Of a stretch of DNA of 64,000 nucleotides, positions 40,018 to 50,411 are shown one piece after another; position 1 is the first letter of the stretch; every line of letters starts with the position of its first letter. Source of the stretch: Bacteroidales bacterium. GTDB taxonomy: Bacteria; Bacteroidota; Bacteroidia; Bacteroidales; JAIOZK01. The position numbers were made by a program, and so were the translations under genes. The stretch spans positions 248,497 through 312,496 of the forward strand of contig JAIOZK010000002.1 of assembly GCA_021740625.1 (NCBI GenBank), given 5' to 3'. Under the pieces are notes generated by a model. The model was not told the origin of the DNA. It ran no database searches and was given only the letters and a program-made list of their open reading frames with translations.

Positions 40018-40878
40018 TTAATTGTCCCTTGATTTTAATAACCTGGCTGAATTGTGCACACAATTGATCATGCTGGCAAAGCTGTCCTGGTTTTGGATAT
40101 CTTCATCAGTGATGATGTGCAGATCGATCAGGCTTTCCTGGATCTCATGGCCTGTTTTGGAAGCATTCAACTCTGAAAGGGCCATGCCCCAGCCGTTCAT
40201 ATAGCTGGTCAGTTCAGCTTTTTTCCTTTCATCCCCATCAAAATGAACGATCAGATCGATATCGCTCGACGGGCCGGCTTCAGCATTCTTCGTGCTACCA
40301 CATATATACATTGCCTTTATGCCGTATTTATTAAAATTTGTGCGTTCTGCGATCTTCCGGCACATCTCCATCCTCCATTTCCAGTGCTCATCAGATTCAG
40401 GGCTGAGAACTGAAAGTAGCTCATCCTTTTCATTTTCCTGTTTTCCGGGGCTTTCAATATAGTGAATGGTTTTCTCGAGGTTTTTATAAAAGAAATAATC
40501 CCCAAGGCGATCGGCAATGGTATTCAGTAATTTTTGCTCTTCGGGAAGGAATTGTGAGCCACGCAGCATGCGAATCATTTGGGTATAAACCACCTGGATC
40601 TGCCCGACAATATTTTCATCCACAATGATATCAGTCGACTGCATCCACTCGGTCTCCCTGAAGTCAGGAGATTTGAATTCTCTGTCCTGATAAATGATCC
40701 TGGCCTCGCAAACTGTTGAAAACTGCCAGCCGTATGGTATGATACCAATGATCTGTTGCAGGATATCACTTGTTCCAAGGTCGCTTTCGCGCAAAACGGC
40801 TTCTACCTTGTACAGGCAATTGAGTTCTTTTTCTCTTTCGATGAGTTTTTCAAGTCGGATATTTCGTATTCCTTCCAT
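40018..40878 (-). CDS. GAF-like sensor domain fused to a pol-beta-type nucleotidyltransferase domain
   Basis: N-terminal EREKELNCLY...PYGWQF...FLPEEQKLLNTIADRLG; C-terminal ICGSTKNAEAGPSSDIDLIV plus a third Asp in LIDLHII. Confidence 0.75.
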   Translation of the reverse strand: MEGIRNIRLEKLIEREKELNCLYKVEAVLRESDLGTSDILQQIIGIIPYGWQFSTVCEARIIYQDREFKSPDFRETEWMQSTDIIVDENIVGQIQVVYTQMIRMLRGSQFLPEEQKLLNTIADRLGDYFFYKNLEKTIHYIESPGKQENEKDELLSVLSPESDEHWKWRMEMCRKIAERTNFNKYGIKAMYICGSTKNAEAGPSSDIDLIVHFDGDERKKAELTSYMNGWGMALSELNASKTGHEIQESLIDLHIITDEDIQNQDSFASMINCVHNSARLLKSRDN

Positions 40879-40893
40879 ATTATTCCTGTTTGT

Positions 40894-42621
40894 TTATTTG
40901 TTGAACAGTGTTAGCTTGCGTTCGGACCGGTTGCCTCTTTCATCCCATACCTCAAGTTTAAACGTGTTTTTACCTTTTTTTAGCATGTTGTCAGGGCTGT
41001 ATAAAAGCAAGTCATTTTTCGGATCATACTCCATCAGTATCCATTTTCCGTTGAGCGTTGGCTTGTAGCCGGATATTCCTGACAGTTCATCCGTTATTTT
41101 GATCCTGATTGCTTGCATATTTTTAATGTTTTTGTTCTCATAGATATTGAGTGCTTCGATCTTAGGGGGAACCGTATCCAGGACCACTGCATAATTCCCG
41201 AAATCCCTTATTCCTGTATGCATCCATCCTTCTTTGAATGTTCCGCCTGCAGCTTCAAATTCCAGATCATCACTGAGCTTCACCACCAGCAGTTTGTCTT
41301 CTGAACCTTCCGGGATGCTGTCGACCCTGATGGAAATATCAATCCATTTGTGTATAGCAATGCTTTCATCATGTATGCTGTGGATTTTAGAATACAGTTT
41401 ATCTATGGGTTTCAATGTATTCATTATATCATATTTGAAAAAGAAGGAATTGTAAAAACTCCTGGGATCAGCCTTCAGCTTGAAATCACCAGAAACAAAT
41501 TCATTCTGGATCACATGATTAAACAGCATGCCTTCTTCCAGTTCATATGATATCCTGGAGGAGTCCGGGGGCAGGGATTTCAATTCAAAGTGCAGCTTTG
41601 AGACATTCCCATACAGGTCTTTGATCACATATTCGATCTGGTGCATGCTGCTGTCGCTAAAGCTAACAATTCCATCATTTTCCACCCTCCGGTATATGGA
41701 TAATTCGTTGTTCGGCTCAACGAAAGTTTTCTGGAAGTGGCTTTTTGTGGATGTATATTCTGCATAATCGATTAAACTGTTGATGTAACGGGTTTCGTAA
41801 AAGGAGAACTTTTCCATTTCCGTGGAATACACAAGCGTGCTGTCAACAAAGAGTTCAACCGAATAAACGCCATTTCTGTTGGGCATATCATTCAGTTGAT
41901 CGTCCACATCAATGCCGAAATATATGTTGCCGGAAACAGCATGAAGTTTTTCCTTTTCCAGCCTGTGTTTTTCGCCCCAGCCTGCTACCGCAAGTTTGAG
42001 GGCTTCATTTTTACCATCCACCTGGCTCATGTGATCATAAGGATAGATCTTGAGGGCACTGATCCTTGGGCGTACATAATCCCTGACTGCAAAGTTGAAA
42101 AACAGTGGGTTAACAGGGGTCTCTGTTTCCGATTCCCGGATCTCAAAATGCAGGTGCGGTCCGAGGGAACTGCCGGTATTTCCTGAAACAGCAATGGTGT
42201 CACCCTGTTTAACCTGGAAAACTTTTGCTTTTGGAAAGAGGTTCACGGCAAAGGATTCTTCTTTGTACTGGTTTTTGGTTACATATTGCTGGATGTCATC
42301 GCTGAATTTTTGCAAATGAGCATACACAGAAGAATAACCATTGGGATGCTTGATATAGAGCGCTTTCCCAAAACCTCCGGGAGATACCTTGATCCTGGAA
42401 ACATAGCCATCTGCGATGGCGATGATGGGGATGCCTTCCGATCCGTTGGTTTTGATGTCAATCCCTGAATGAAAATGATTTCCCCGCAGTTCTCCGAAGG
42501 TACCGCTTAAATACATGGGAATGTTCACAGGCGCGACAAAATCAGTTTGAGGATATTTTGTTTCCTGGGCAAAAATCTGAGATGTTATTAGAATTGTAAA
42601 TAATAAGATCCTATTTTTCAT
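40894..42621 (-). CDS. M23 family metallopeptidase
   Basis: Signal peptide; FGELRGNHFHSGIDIKT, YAHL, GPHLHFE. Confidence 0.92.
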   Translation of the reverse strand: MKNRILLFTILITSQIFAQETKYPQTDFVAPVNIPMYLSGTFGELRGNHFHSGIDIKTNGSEGIPIIAIADGYVSRIKVSPGGFGKALYIKHPNGYSSVYAHLQKFSDDIQQYVTKNQYKEESFAVNLFPKAKVFQVKQGDTIAVSGNTGSSLGPHLHFEIRESETETPVNPLFFNFAVRDYVRPRISALKIYPYDHMSQVDGKNEALKLAVAGWGEKHRLEKEKLHAVSGNIYFGIDVDDQLNDMPNRNGVYSVELFVDSTLVYSTEMEKFSFYETRYINSLIDYAEYTSTKSHFQKTFVEPNNELSIYRRVENDGIVSFSDSSMHQIEYVIKDLYGNVSKLHFELKSLPPDSSRISYELEEGMLFNHVIQNEFVSGDFKLKADPRSFYNSFFFKYDIMNTLKPIDKLYSKIHSIHDESIAIHKWIDISIRVDSIPEGSEDKLLVVKLSDDLEFEAAGGTFKEGWMHTGIRDFGNYAVVLDTVPPKIEALNIYENKNIKNMQAIRIKITDELSGISGYKPTLNGKWILMEYDPKNDLLLYSPDNMLKKGKNTFKLEVWDERGNRSERKLTLFNK

Positions 42622-43102
42622 ACCACTTCACCGTATCGATCAATTCGTCCATATCATGTATTACAGCATCGGCCATTTCAAAAGACCCGAAGATACCTGT
42701 AGGGTTATAAAAAATGGTATGCATACCAGCTTCAGCCGCTCCCACAATATCCTTATCATAATCATTCCCGATCATGATGGTCTGTCCTGGTTTCATATTG
42801 ATTCTGTCAAGAATACTCCTGAAAAACAAGACATCCGGTTTTTCATATCCGAGATCTTTTGAAGAAAAGAAATGCCTGAAATAGGCTTTGGCACCGATCT
42901 TTTGCAGCGCTTTTTTCATGTCCTCCGTATTGCTTTGATCCGCATTGGTGGCAATCACGCAGGTATACTGTGCCGATAAGTATTTCAGCATTTCTTCCAA
43001 ATTCTCAACCCATTCCAGTTTCTTCCAGGAATACATGGGACCGGGCAAACCGAAGTCCTTCATAACTGTACCTCCCCAGTCAAAAACCAATGCTTTGATC
43101 AT
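42611..43102 (-). CDS. HAD-superfamily hydrolase
   Basis: FDWGGT, ATN, EKPD, MIGNDYDKDIVGAAEAG. Confidence 0.88.
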   Translation of the reverse strand: MIKALVFDWGGTVMKDFGLPGPMYSWKKLEWVENLEEMLKYLSAQYTCVIATNADQSNTEDMKKALQKIGAKAYFRHFFSSKDLGYEKPDVLFFRSILDRINMKPGQTIMIGNDYDKDIVGAAEAGMHTIFYNPTGIFGSFEMADAVIHDMDELIDTVKWYEK

Positions 43103-43326
43103 GTTTCCATTGTTTCCTGCAAAGTTATCAAATTTGAAGAAGATTTATGCAGTTGCTAATTGTTCGGGTTTCAAGTTTCTAAATTAAAGTAAACGGATCG
43201 ATTCAAAAAGATAATTTCTGGGACGGAATCAAGGTTTTGATAAAAAACTAAATCCCTTTCTGCAATTTCTGACTCTGTTCGATTTGTATTATTGTATTGA
43301 TTTACGGTTTTCGTCAACCCGAACTT

Positions 43327-43401
43327 ATAACCTGCAACCTGCAACTGCAACATGCAACCTGCAACATGCAACCTGCAACCTGCAACATGTAACATGTAAC
43401 A
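43327..43401. repeat. Heptamer tandem repeat (TGCAACM), about 10 units
   Basis: CCTGCAACCTGCAACTGCAACATGCAACC... immediately upstream of a TATCTTTG -7 element (43411-43418). Confidence 0.85.
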
Positions 43402-43439
43402 CCGATTTCATATCTTTGCACTTTCCAATTCACAGTCCT

Positions 43440-44162
43440 ATGAAAGAAGTCGATCTTTTCGTACCCTGTTTCATCGACCAGGTTTATCCTGAAACGGCCT
43501 TTAACATGATCAAGGTACTGGAGAAATGTGATGTGAAGGTGTATTATAATCCCAAACAAACATGCTGCGGACAGATGGCTTTCAACAGCGGCTTCTGGGA
43601 TGAGGCCAAATCCATCGGGGCCAAGTTTATTAAAGATTTCAACAATGGCAGGATGGTGGTCGGACCTTCCGCATCCTGCGTGGGATATGTGCGGAATTAT
43701 TTCGAAACCCTCTTTCATAATTCTTCCCTGCACAATGAATACCGTCAACTGGTGAAGAATATTTATGAGTTTTCCGATTTCATGGTGAATGTGCTCAAAG
43801 TAACAGACCTTGGTGCACGTTTCGCGGCCAAAGTCACTTATCATGATTCATGCGCTGCTTTGCGCGAATATGGCATCAAAGAAGAACCCCGTAAACTTTT
43901 GCAGAATGTGAAAGGCCTCGAACTCATCGAAATGAATGAGACAGATGTTTGCTGCGGATTTGGCGGCACTTTTTCTGTAAAGCACGAACCCATCGCTACG
44001 GCCATGGCCGAACAAAAAGTGGAAAACGCCCTGGCTACCGGCGCCGAATACATCGTCTCCACCGATTCCTCCTGCCTCATGCACCAGGAAGGCTATATCA
44101 AAAAGCACAAACTAAAGCTGAAGACGATCAATTTGATCGACGTGCTGGCGAGTGGGTGGTAA
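43440..44162 (+). CDS. CCG-domain Fe-S protein (LutA/YkgE-like)
   Basis: LFVPCFIDQ, QTCCGQ, SASC, YHDSC, CCGFGGTFSVK, DSSCLMH. Start taken at ATG 43440; the track's upstream extension is repeat-derived. Confidence 0.88.
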   Translation: MKEVDLFVPCFIDQVYPETAFNMIKVLEKCDVKVYYNPKQTCCGQMAFNSGFWDEAKSIGAKFIKDFNNGRMVVGPSASCVGYVRNYFETLFHNSSLHNEYRQLVKNIYEFSDFMVNVLKVTDLGARFAAKVTYHDSCAALREYGIKEEPRKLLQNVKGLELIEMNETDVCCGFGGTFSVKHEPIATAMAEQKVENALATGAEYIVSTDSSCLMHQEGYIKKHKLKLKTINLIDVLASGW

Positions 44163-44287
44163 CCCTTCGACTTCACAGACGGGCACGACGCTCAGCCTGT
44201 CGAAATAGCATGTTTTTTAGACAGTCCCTTTGATTATTTAACACCATTCGCTTATACACCCGGATGACACCCGGATGAATCCGGGTG
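44163..44287. repeat. REP-like element with a loop insertion plus 11-mer direct and inverted repeats
   Basis: CTTCGACTT-[15 nt]-CGCTCAGCCTGTCG (44165-44202); ACACCCGGAT x2 then ATCCGGGTG (44256-44287). Confidence 0.55.
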
Positions 44288-44316
44288 CTGATCTCATGTG
44301 GAAGGTTTTAGACCCT

Positions 44317-45666
44317 TTACTCCAGCAACCTCCGCAATTCCCCCACATCATTCGGCTTGCCGATGATCTTCCGGTTTTCGTCCAGCAGGATCATCGTTGG
44401 GGTGGCATAAATGCCGTAAAGCTCTGCTACTGAATTGTTCCAGCCATGGTAATCACAAATGTTCGTCCAGTCGTAATTGCCTTCTTGTATAAATTGCAAA
44501 TATTTGCTTTTGGAAGTATCCACGGAAACAGCGATGACCCCGAGATCGACTGCGGTGTTTTTATAAAAGTCCCTGACCTCTGGAATTACTTTGGTGCAGT
44601 GTGGACACCAGGTGGCCCAGAAAACCAGCAATGTTTTGTTATGATCCGATTCAGATAGTTTTACTTCCTTTCCTTTGATGTCAATCACGGTGAAATCCGG
44701 AGCCATTTTGCCTGTAGACAGTTTCTTCAGTGTTGCTATTCTTTCTTCCAGTTTGGAAGAATTCTCGGTGTATTCGCAGTCCTCTTCCAGGATGGCATGT
44801 TCGGCAATGTATTCGATTACATTGTTGAAACCATATTGCTCAAAACCGCTGATGAGATAATCCAGGGCAAACTCATATACCAGGGGATAAGGCCGGGTTA
44901 CCTTCAGGATGGTATCGACCGCCTGCTTAAAAGAATTTTCCAACTGATCTTTTGTGAAATTCTTGTTTTGGTAAAGAGAAAGATAGCCGATGATCTTGCT
45001 GCTGATCACATTGCTTCGCAAAAGCGATGTATCAGAAAAATCAACTTTGTCAAAAAAATGCTTTCTTAAAAATACATTTTCTTCAAATGGATTCCAGATG
45101 GGATTTGTTTTGGGTTCCCGTTCCACCATGGCAATTTTTGTGGAAAAGCTTTCCGGATGGGTTTCCTGCAATGAATCCACATAGTGATGAAGCTGGTCCT
45201 GTATATTGCCGAATTCATCCAGGGCATTTACATAAAAACTATTTTCATCCGGGTAATATTTGATGACGGGATTCAGCAGGTCGAGCTTATACAGGCCTTT
45301 GTTCCGGGTGTCGAGGTAATCATAATAAATCTCGTTTTCCAGGGATTCTACAGCATTCACATTTTGCATGGGGTTTTCAGCTTGTGTGATCAACTGCACA
45401 TCCTCATCATTAAATATTAAGTCGAAATAATCTCTTGTATCCAGGATGATTCGGTACATGCCTGTGGCTTTGTTTTCAGGAAAATAGAATTGAAACAAAC
45501 CGTTTTCATTGGTACGTGTAGAGTCGATGATACTGTTTTGATCTCCATAAAAATCCGCAAGCATGAGCTTACGGCCATTGTAATTTTCTATGACACCATT
45601 GATTTTGTACTGGCTGAATGCTTGAAAAGATAACAGGCTGATGAACAGAATAAAGGCAAAACGCAT
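44317..45666 (-). CDS. Exported TlpA/redoxin-family thiol-disulfide oxidoreductase
   Basis: Signal peptide; GKMAPDF, FWATWCPHC, YATP. Confidence 0.88.
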   Translation of the reverse strand: MRFAFILFISLLSFQAFSQYKINGVIENYNGRKLMLADFYGDQNSIIDSTRTNENGLFQFYFPENKATGMYRIILDTRDYFDLIFNDEDVQLITQAENPMQNVNAVESLENEIYYDYLDTRNKGLYKLDLLNPVIKYYPDENSFYVNALDEFGNIQDQLHHYVDSLQETHPESFSTKIAMVEREPKTNPIWNPFEENVFLRKHFFDKVDFSDTSLLRSNVISSKIIGYLSLYQNKNFTKDQLENSFKQAVDTILKVTRPYPLVYEFALDYLISGFEQYGFNNVIEYIAEHAILEEDCEYTENSSKLEERIATLKKLSTGKMAPDFTVIDIKGKEVKLSESDHNKTLLVFWATWCPHCTKVIPEVRDFYKNTAVDLGVIAVSVDTSKSKYLQFIQEGNYDWTNICDYHGWNNSVAELYGIYATPTMILLDENRKIIGKPNDVGELRRLLE

Positions 45667-45791
45667 ATTTTTTTATTTTCAAAATTAAGGATTACTGGGG
45701 AATATGAACCTACAGTCCCGGTATTTATTATCAATTGCATTTGATTCGTCTGATATTTTTATCTTTGCGGGCTGAACCAGCAAGGAGCGGG

Positions 45792-48775
45792 ATGTATTAT
45801 TTGAAGAAAGTATTAACAGGTGTAGCCGGAACCACCGGCTTGTTGTTTTTGTTCATGACCAGTATGCAATTGTTTGCCCAGCAACCTACTGACCAGGATT
45901 GCCTTGGTGCTATACCGGTTTGTGATTCTACGTATTATCAGCCTAATTCTTATGTTGGAACAGGAAACTATCCGAATGAAATTCCAACCGGAGGGGGCTG
46001 CCCCGGGAATTGTTTAAGCCAGGGTGAAAAAAATTGCGTATGGTATATCATAACGGTACAAACCGATGGAATATAGGTTTCGTGATCACTCCAAACAATT
46101 ATGCAGATGACTATGATTGGGCTGTTTACGATTTGACAAATGCCAGATGTGAGGATATCTACAATCAGGTTGCACAGTTGCAGGTGAGTTGTAATTATTC
46201 TGGAGATGATGGTCCTACTGGACCAAATGGCCAGGGAAGTTCGAATTGCCATGGTGCCGGACCAGGAGCATTTAATGCGCTCATTCCGGTTAGTGAAGGC
46301 GAAACCTATGTGATCAATATTAGTAATTTCTCCAGCACACAATATGGCTATACCCTTGATTTCACCCCATCCACGGCGCAGGTATACGATAATGTGCGCC
46401 CGGAAATAAATCATGTTTATGGTGAGGATGTCATCTGTGGCTCTGAACAGGTCGATATAATTTTTACGGAAAAAGTACAATGTGAAACCATTTCAGCCGA
46501 TGATTTTCAGATCTTCGGACCAAATGGTGAACACGAAGTTACGGATGTATACGGTTCTACATGCGCACTGGGTGGTGAGATGGAAAACCGTTACAGCCTT
46601 ACAGTGGATCCCCCCTTTACCAATAGTGGTGATTATGATTTGAAAATCAAGCTTTTCAGTGGTATCAAAGATGCCTGTGAGAACGTGGCACTGGCCATGA
46701 CCTATCCTTTTACCCTCGACCTGAATGCACCCGAGGTGGATGACTCCGGCATGGAAATATCTCCCGCCACCTGCGGACAATCCAATGGTTCCATTACGGG
46801 ATTGCAAGTTAGTGGGAACGGACCTTTTGCCTATGAGTGGCAGGATAGTGATGGTACGGTGGTGGGAACTGAACTTGATCTGACCGGGGTGCTTGCCGGG
46901 GAATATATCCTCTACATTGCCGACCCCAATGGTTGCGAAGGCATTGGCGGACCGTACACCGTGCAGAATGAAGGCGCGCCCGAGGTGGATGAAAACAACC
47001 TGTCAATCAGCGCCAACGAATGCAACCAAACAAATGGAAGCATTACCGGACTTGTTATTACTGGCAGTGAACCCTTTACTTTTACCTGGCTTGATGAAGA
47101 TGATAATGTTGTGGGGAGTGATCTGGATATTACCGGCCTGCCAGGTGGAGTTTATACCCTTGAAATCGTGGATGCAAATGATTGCGAAAGTTTTGCCGGA
47201 CCCTATACCGTTGACAGTTTTCCCGCACCCGATGTATTCGACGACAATATTGATATTGCCGAAGCCCATTGTGATCAGGCAGACGGCTCCATTACCGGAA
47301 TGGATGTGCTGGGGACCGAGCCCCTGGAGTATACATGGTATGATGATCAGGGCAATGTGGTATCCAGCGAGATCGACTTGCTGGATGTCGTTGCCGGTTC
47401 CTATACATTTGAAGCATCCGATGAGATCGGTTGTATGACTGAGACGGGCCCGTATGTCATTGAGAATATTGGTGGTCCCGAGCTTGACCAGGATAATGTA
47501 CTTATTGAAAATGCCAGTTGCCTGGAAGAAAATGCAAGCATCAGTGGTATCCTGGTATCCGCAGCTTCCCCATACGAGGTAGAATGGCTGGACGAAAATT
47601 CGAATGTGGTGGGCACCGATGATGACCTTTCTGGCATTGGCCCCGGATCCTACACCATGGTAGTGACTGATGAGGCAGGATGTGAATCTCTTGCAGGTCC
47701 GTTTACCGTGGAGAATGTTGGCGGGGTGGTAATTGAAGATTTTATATTCAACGATGCTACATGCCAGTTGGACAATGGCTATGTTGAGATCAATACAACA
47801 GGCGGATATGGGAACAAAAGTTTTTCCGCTGACAGTGTCAACTGGCAGAGCAACAGTGTTTTCGAAACATTGTCACCCGGGATTTATCATTTTTATGTGA
47901 GGGATGACTATGGTTGTGTAACAGCTTACGAAGGAAATCCTGTTGAACTGACCAATGTGGGAGATTCCGTACATGCCGAAATACTGGGTACACCGGAGAT
48001 TTGTTCAGGAGAAGACTTGCAGTTGGAAGCTGATAACAATGGTACATTTGATTTCAACTGGTGGGGACCATCCGGTTTTCAAAGTAATGATAGAACAGTT
48101 GTTTTAAATGATGTGCAACCGGCCAATTCCGGTTTGTATGCGGTGGAAGTAACCAACCCCGAGGATGATTGTTCCGATACCGCCTACCTGGATGTTTATG
48201 TGATAGAAAGTTTTGCCATACAGGCAGATGTTACGGCAAGTAAAACGGAGGTATATCCCGGTGAAAGCATTACATTCACAGCTCACCCGGTCGGAAACGG
48301 AACAAATCCTGTTTTCGAATGGAGGATCAATGATGTTGTTTTTCAAAGTGGTTCGGATTCCGTATTTATCACCTCAGAGATCATCAGCAACTCGACGGTC
48401 ACCTGCTGGATGTATGTGGATGAATCCTGTGCCTATCCCAATCCCGTTGAATCCAATGAAGTGGAGATAAAAGTTGTGGATGTCATATTTTATCTCCCCA
48501 ATTCCTTTAAACCAGGAAGCCAGCGTGGAAATGATGTTTTCACCGTGATCACGAACCTGGAGGTCATCCCGGATTACAAAATGCTGATCTACAGCAAATG
48601 GGGCCAGGTGATCTTTGAATCAGATGATATGGACCAGGGCTGGGATGGAATGATTGACGGTAAACCTGCTCCGGCTGGTGTTTACGTTTGGACTGTCAAT
48701 TATACTGTTTATTCCGACAATAGCGGTCAGGGCGAGGAAAAGATCAGGAAAGGAACCGTAACGCTTGTAAGGTAA
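45792..48775 (+). pseudogene. T9SS type B (gliding-motility CTD) SprB-repeat protein with a 1-nt frameshift near 46070
   Basis: The N-terminal frame ends TVQTDGI*. One extra A in GGAATATAGG gives TDGNIGFVITPNN, which continues in ORF 46034..48775 and is colinear with the paralog at 50412. C-terminal LPNSFKP...YSKWGQ...WDG...GVYVW...GTVTLVR. Confidence 0.8.
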
Positions 48776-48784
48776 GGAAATGTT

Positions 48785-48865
48785 AGTTATGAGTTATGAG
48801 TTTTGAATTCAGCAAAACTCATAACTCAAAACTCTCCCGAAAGCTTTCGGGAGCAAAACTCAAAA
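48785..48865. repeat. Inverted heptamer arrays containing a perfect 20-nt palindrome
   Basis: (TTATGAG)x2-TTTTGAA faces CAAAACTC-ATAACTC-AAAACTC; CTCCCGAAAGCTTTCGGGAG at 48834-48853. Confidence 0.75.
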
Positions 48866-48870
48866 TATTT

Positions 48871-50139
48871 TCATTGATTCTGCAGGCATCTTAGCGACAT
48901 TGCCATGTTTTTATTATAATGATTGCGGTATATCTTGTCGTTATCACTAAAAATAAATCTTACATAAGCATTGCTGGTATTGGAAGTGGATTGATTGCTG
49001 GTGAAAAATGCACCCTGGGTCATCAGATTCAAAAACTGGGAACCTGAAGATTTGTATCCTCCCATCAAGGCTGAGAAACCTGATGAACCACCTTCTCTGA
49101 GCTTTGCAGCTTCATCTGTGCCACGATAACCGGAGGAAGTGGCATCTTCATAACTCATGCCCAGTTCCATTTCCAGCATCATCCATTCAACATCCGTAGG
49201 GACATGCCATCCATCGGGGCAAATGCCCTGTGCTCCTTCTTCTGTGGTGTATTGCATTAGTTCATTCCAATTGTATAAACCGCCATATTCATCGCAATTG
49301 ACTTCATTGTTTTCATAACAGTATTTTTCAATATTTCCGTCATCAGAAGTGTTTTGTGATCCATTGATCCTGCTACCAATATTCAGGTTTTCGGCCATCC
49401 AGCATTGGTCACCGATTTCTATGGCATGGTATTCCTGCCCGTCGCGCGGATCCACGAATGTTTCCGGGCATCCTGCCGGGGCTTCCACAACATTGACCAG
49501 GGTGCTGGCTGTGCTGCTGATATTGTCTCCGTCTTTTACTTCTAAAGTGGCATTGAATTCGCCGGCAGTTGTATAAGTATGACTGGAGATTTTAGATGTT
49601 GAATAATCTGAATCCCAGCTTCCGTTCCCGTCATAATCCCAGCGGACCAGGAGGTCCTCAGTTGGTGTCTGTTCATCTGAACTTCCCGAAGCATCAAATT
49701 CAAAAAGGGTTTCGGTATTGCCAGAAGCAGGTGTTACCAGGATGGAAGCTGTGGGGGCACCTGCCGAAACAGTTACGCTTTGGCTGGTCTCATCCGTGTT
49801 TTTATCAGTATCCTGAACCACCAGTTTTGCCTCGAAAGTGCCGGTTGAAGCATACTGATGTGTTGCAGTCTTATTGTCGGAATATTCGGTGTCCCAGATG
49901 CCATCACCGTTGAAATCCCAGCGTACCATAAGTTCCTGGTCAGCCGTTTCCGGATCATGACTGGCGGAGGCGTCAAATGTAAAGCTTGTTTGCAATCCTC
50001 CTGATGATGGATTGACCGAAAAAGCAGCAGTAGGATTGTTGTTTGCAGGTTCTTCAGTATTGTCATCTTTGCTGCACTGGTTGAATAATGATATCATCAA
50101 CAGGGCGATCAATATCAGTCCGCTTGTTTTTTTTGTCAT
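48871..50139 (-). CDS. Lipoprotein with 2 PKD domains and a FISUMP (Fib_succ_major) domain
   Basis: LFNQC lipobox-like signal; two FDASxSxD...VRWD PKD units; DPRDGQEY, IGDQCWMAENL, YGGLYNW, ICPDGWHVPT, SLRC. Confidence 0.88.
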   Translation of the reverse strand: MTKKTSGLILIALLMISLFNQCSKDDNTEEPANNNPTAAFSVNPSSGGLQTSFTFDASASHDPETADQELMVRWDFNGDGIWDTEYSDNKTATHQYASTGTFEAKLVVQDTDKNTDETSQSVTVSAGAPTASILVTPASGNTETLFEFDASGSSDEQTPTEDLLVRWDYDGNGSWDSDYSTSKISSHTYTTAGEFNATLEVKDGDNISSTASTLVNVVEAPAGCPETFVDPRDGQEYHAIEIGDQCWMAENLNIGSRINGSQNTSDDGNIEKYCYENNEVNCDEYGGLYNWNELMQYTTEEGAQGICPDGWHVPTDVEWMMLEMELGMSYEDATSSGYRGTDEAAKLREGGSSGFSALMGGYKSSGSQFLNLMTQGAFFTSNQSTSNTSNAYVRFIFSDNDKIYRNHYNKNMAMSLRCLQNQ

Positions 50140-50411
50140 GTTTTTATTGCTTTCAATTGAATGTTTGCGAAAATATAAAAAATCAGGCTGCAAGCTTAAT
50201 AAAAATTTGCATGCAGTAATGTTTTTCTGATAGAAGAACCCCATAACCTCAGATGTGCTGGCAATTGATGATTCAAGGAAATTAACATTGTGTAATATTT
50301 CTCACTTTTCAGTGAATCTCGTATGAAATATTTGTAAAGTTTCATGAAGCTTCTTACTTTTATGATTTGAATATGTGTTCAAGTGCAGGAGTGTAAACGA
50401 ATCAGTGAAAA

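Noticed and set aside
40018-40878. CBASS CD-NTase or MNT-HEPN toxin-antitoxin system
   Set aside because: The NTase domain is too small for a cGAS/DncV-like enzyme, and there are no Cap effectors or HEPN partner nearby.
43171-43439. ORF 43171..43395 and the N-terminal extension of the LutA-like ORF
   Set aside because: Translations of the TGCAACM heptamer tract; the -7 element at 43411 supports the start at 43440.
46070-46085. Stop-codon readthrough (TAG/TGA recoding) in the adhesin gene
   Set aside because: The coding continuation is in a different frame; a 1-nt indel explains it.
48834-49100. FISUMP C-terminus with a downstream hairpin as a diversity-generating retroelement target
   Set aside because: No reverse transcriptase or template repeat seen in the window, and the hairpin sits inside a heptamer array. 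Targeting in trans cannot be excluded without the genome.
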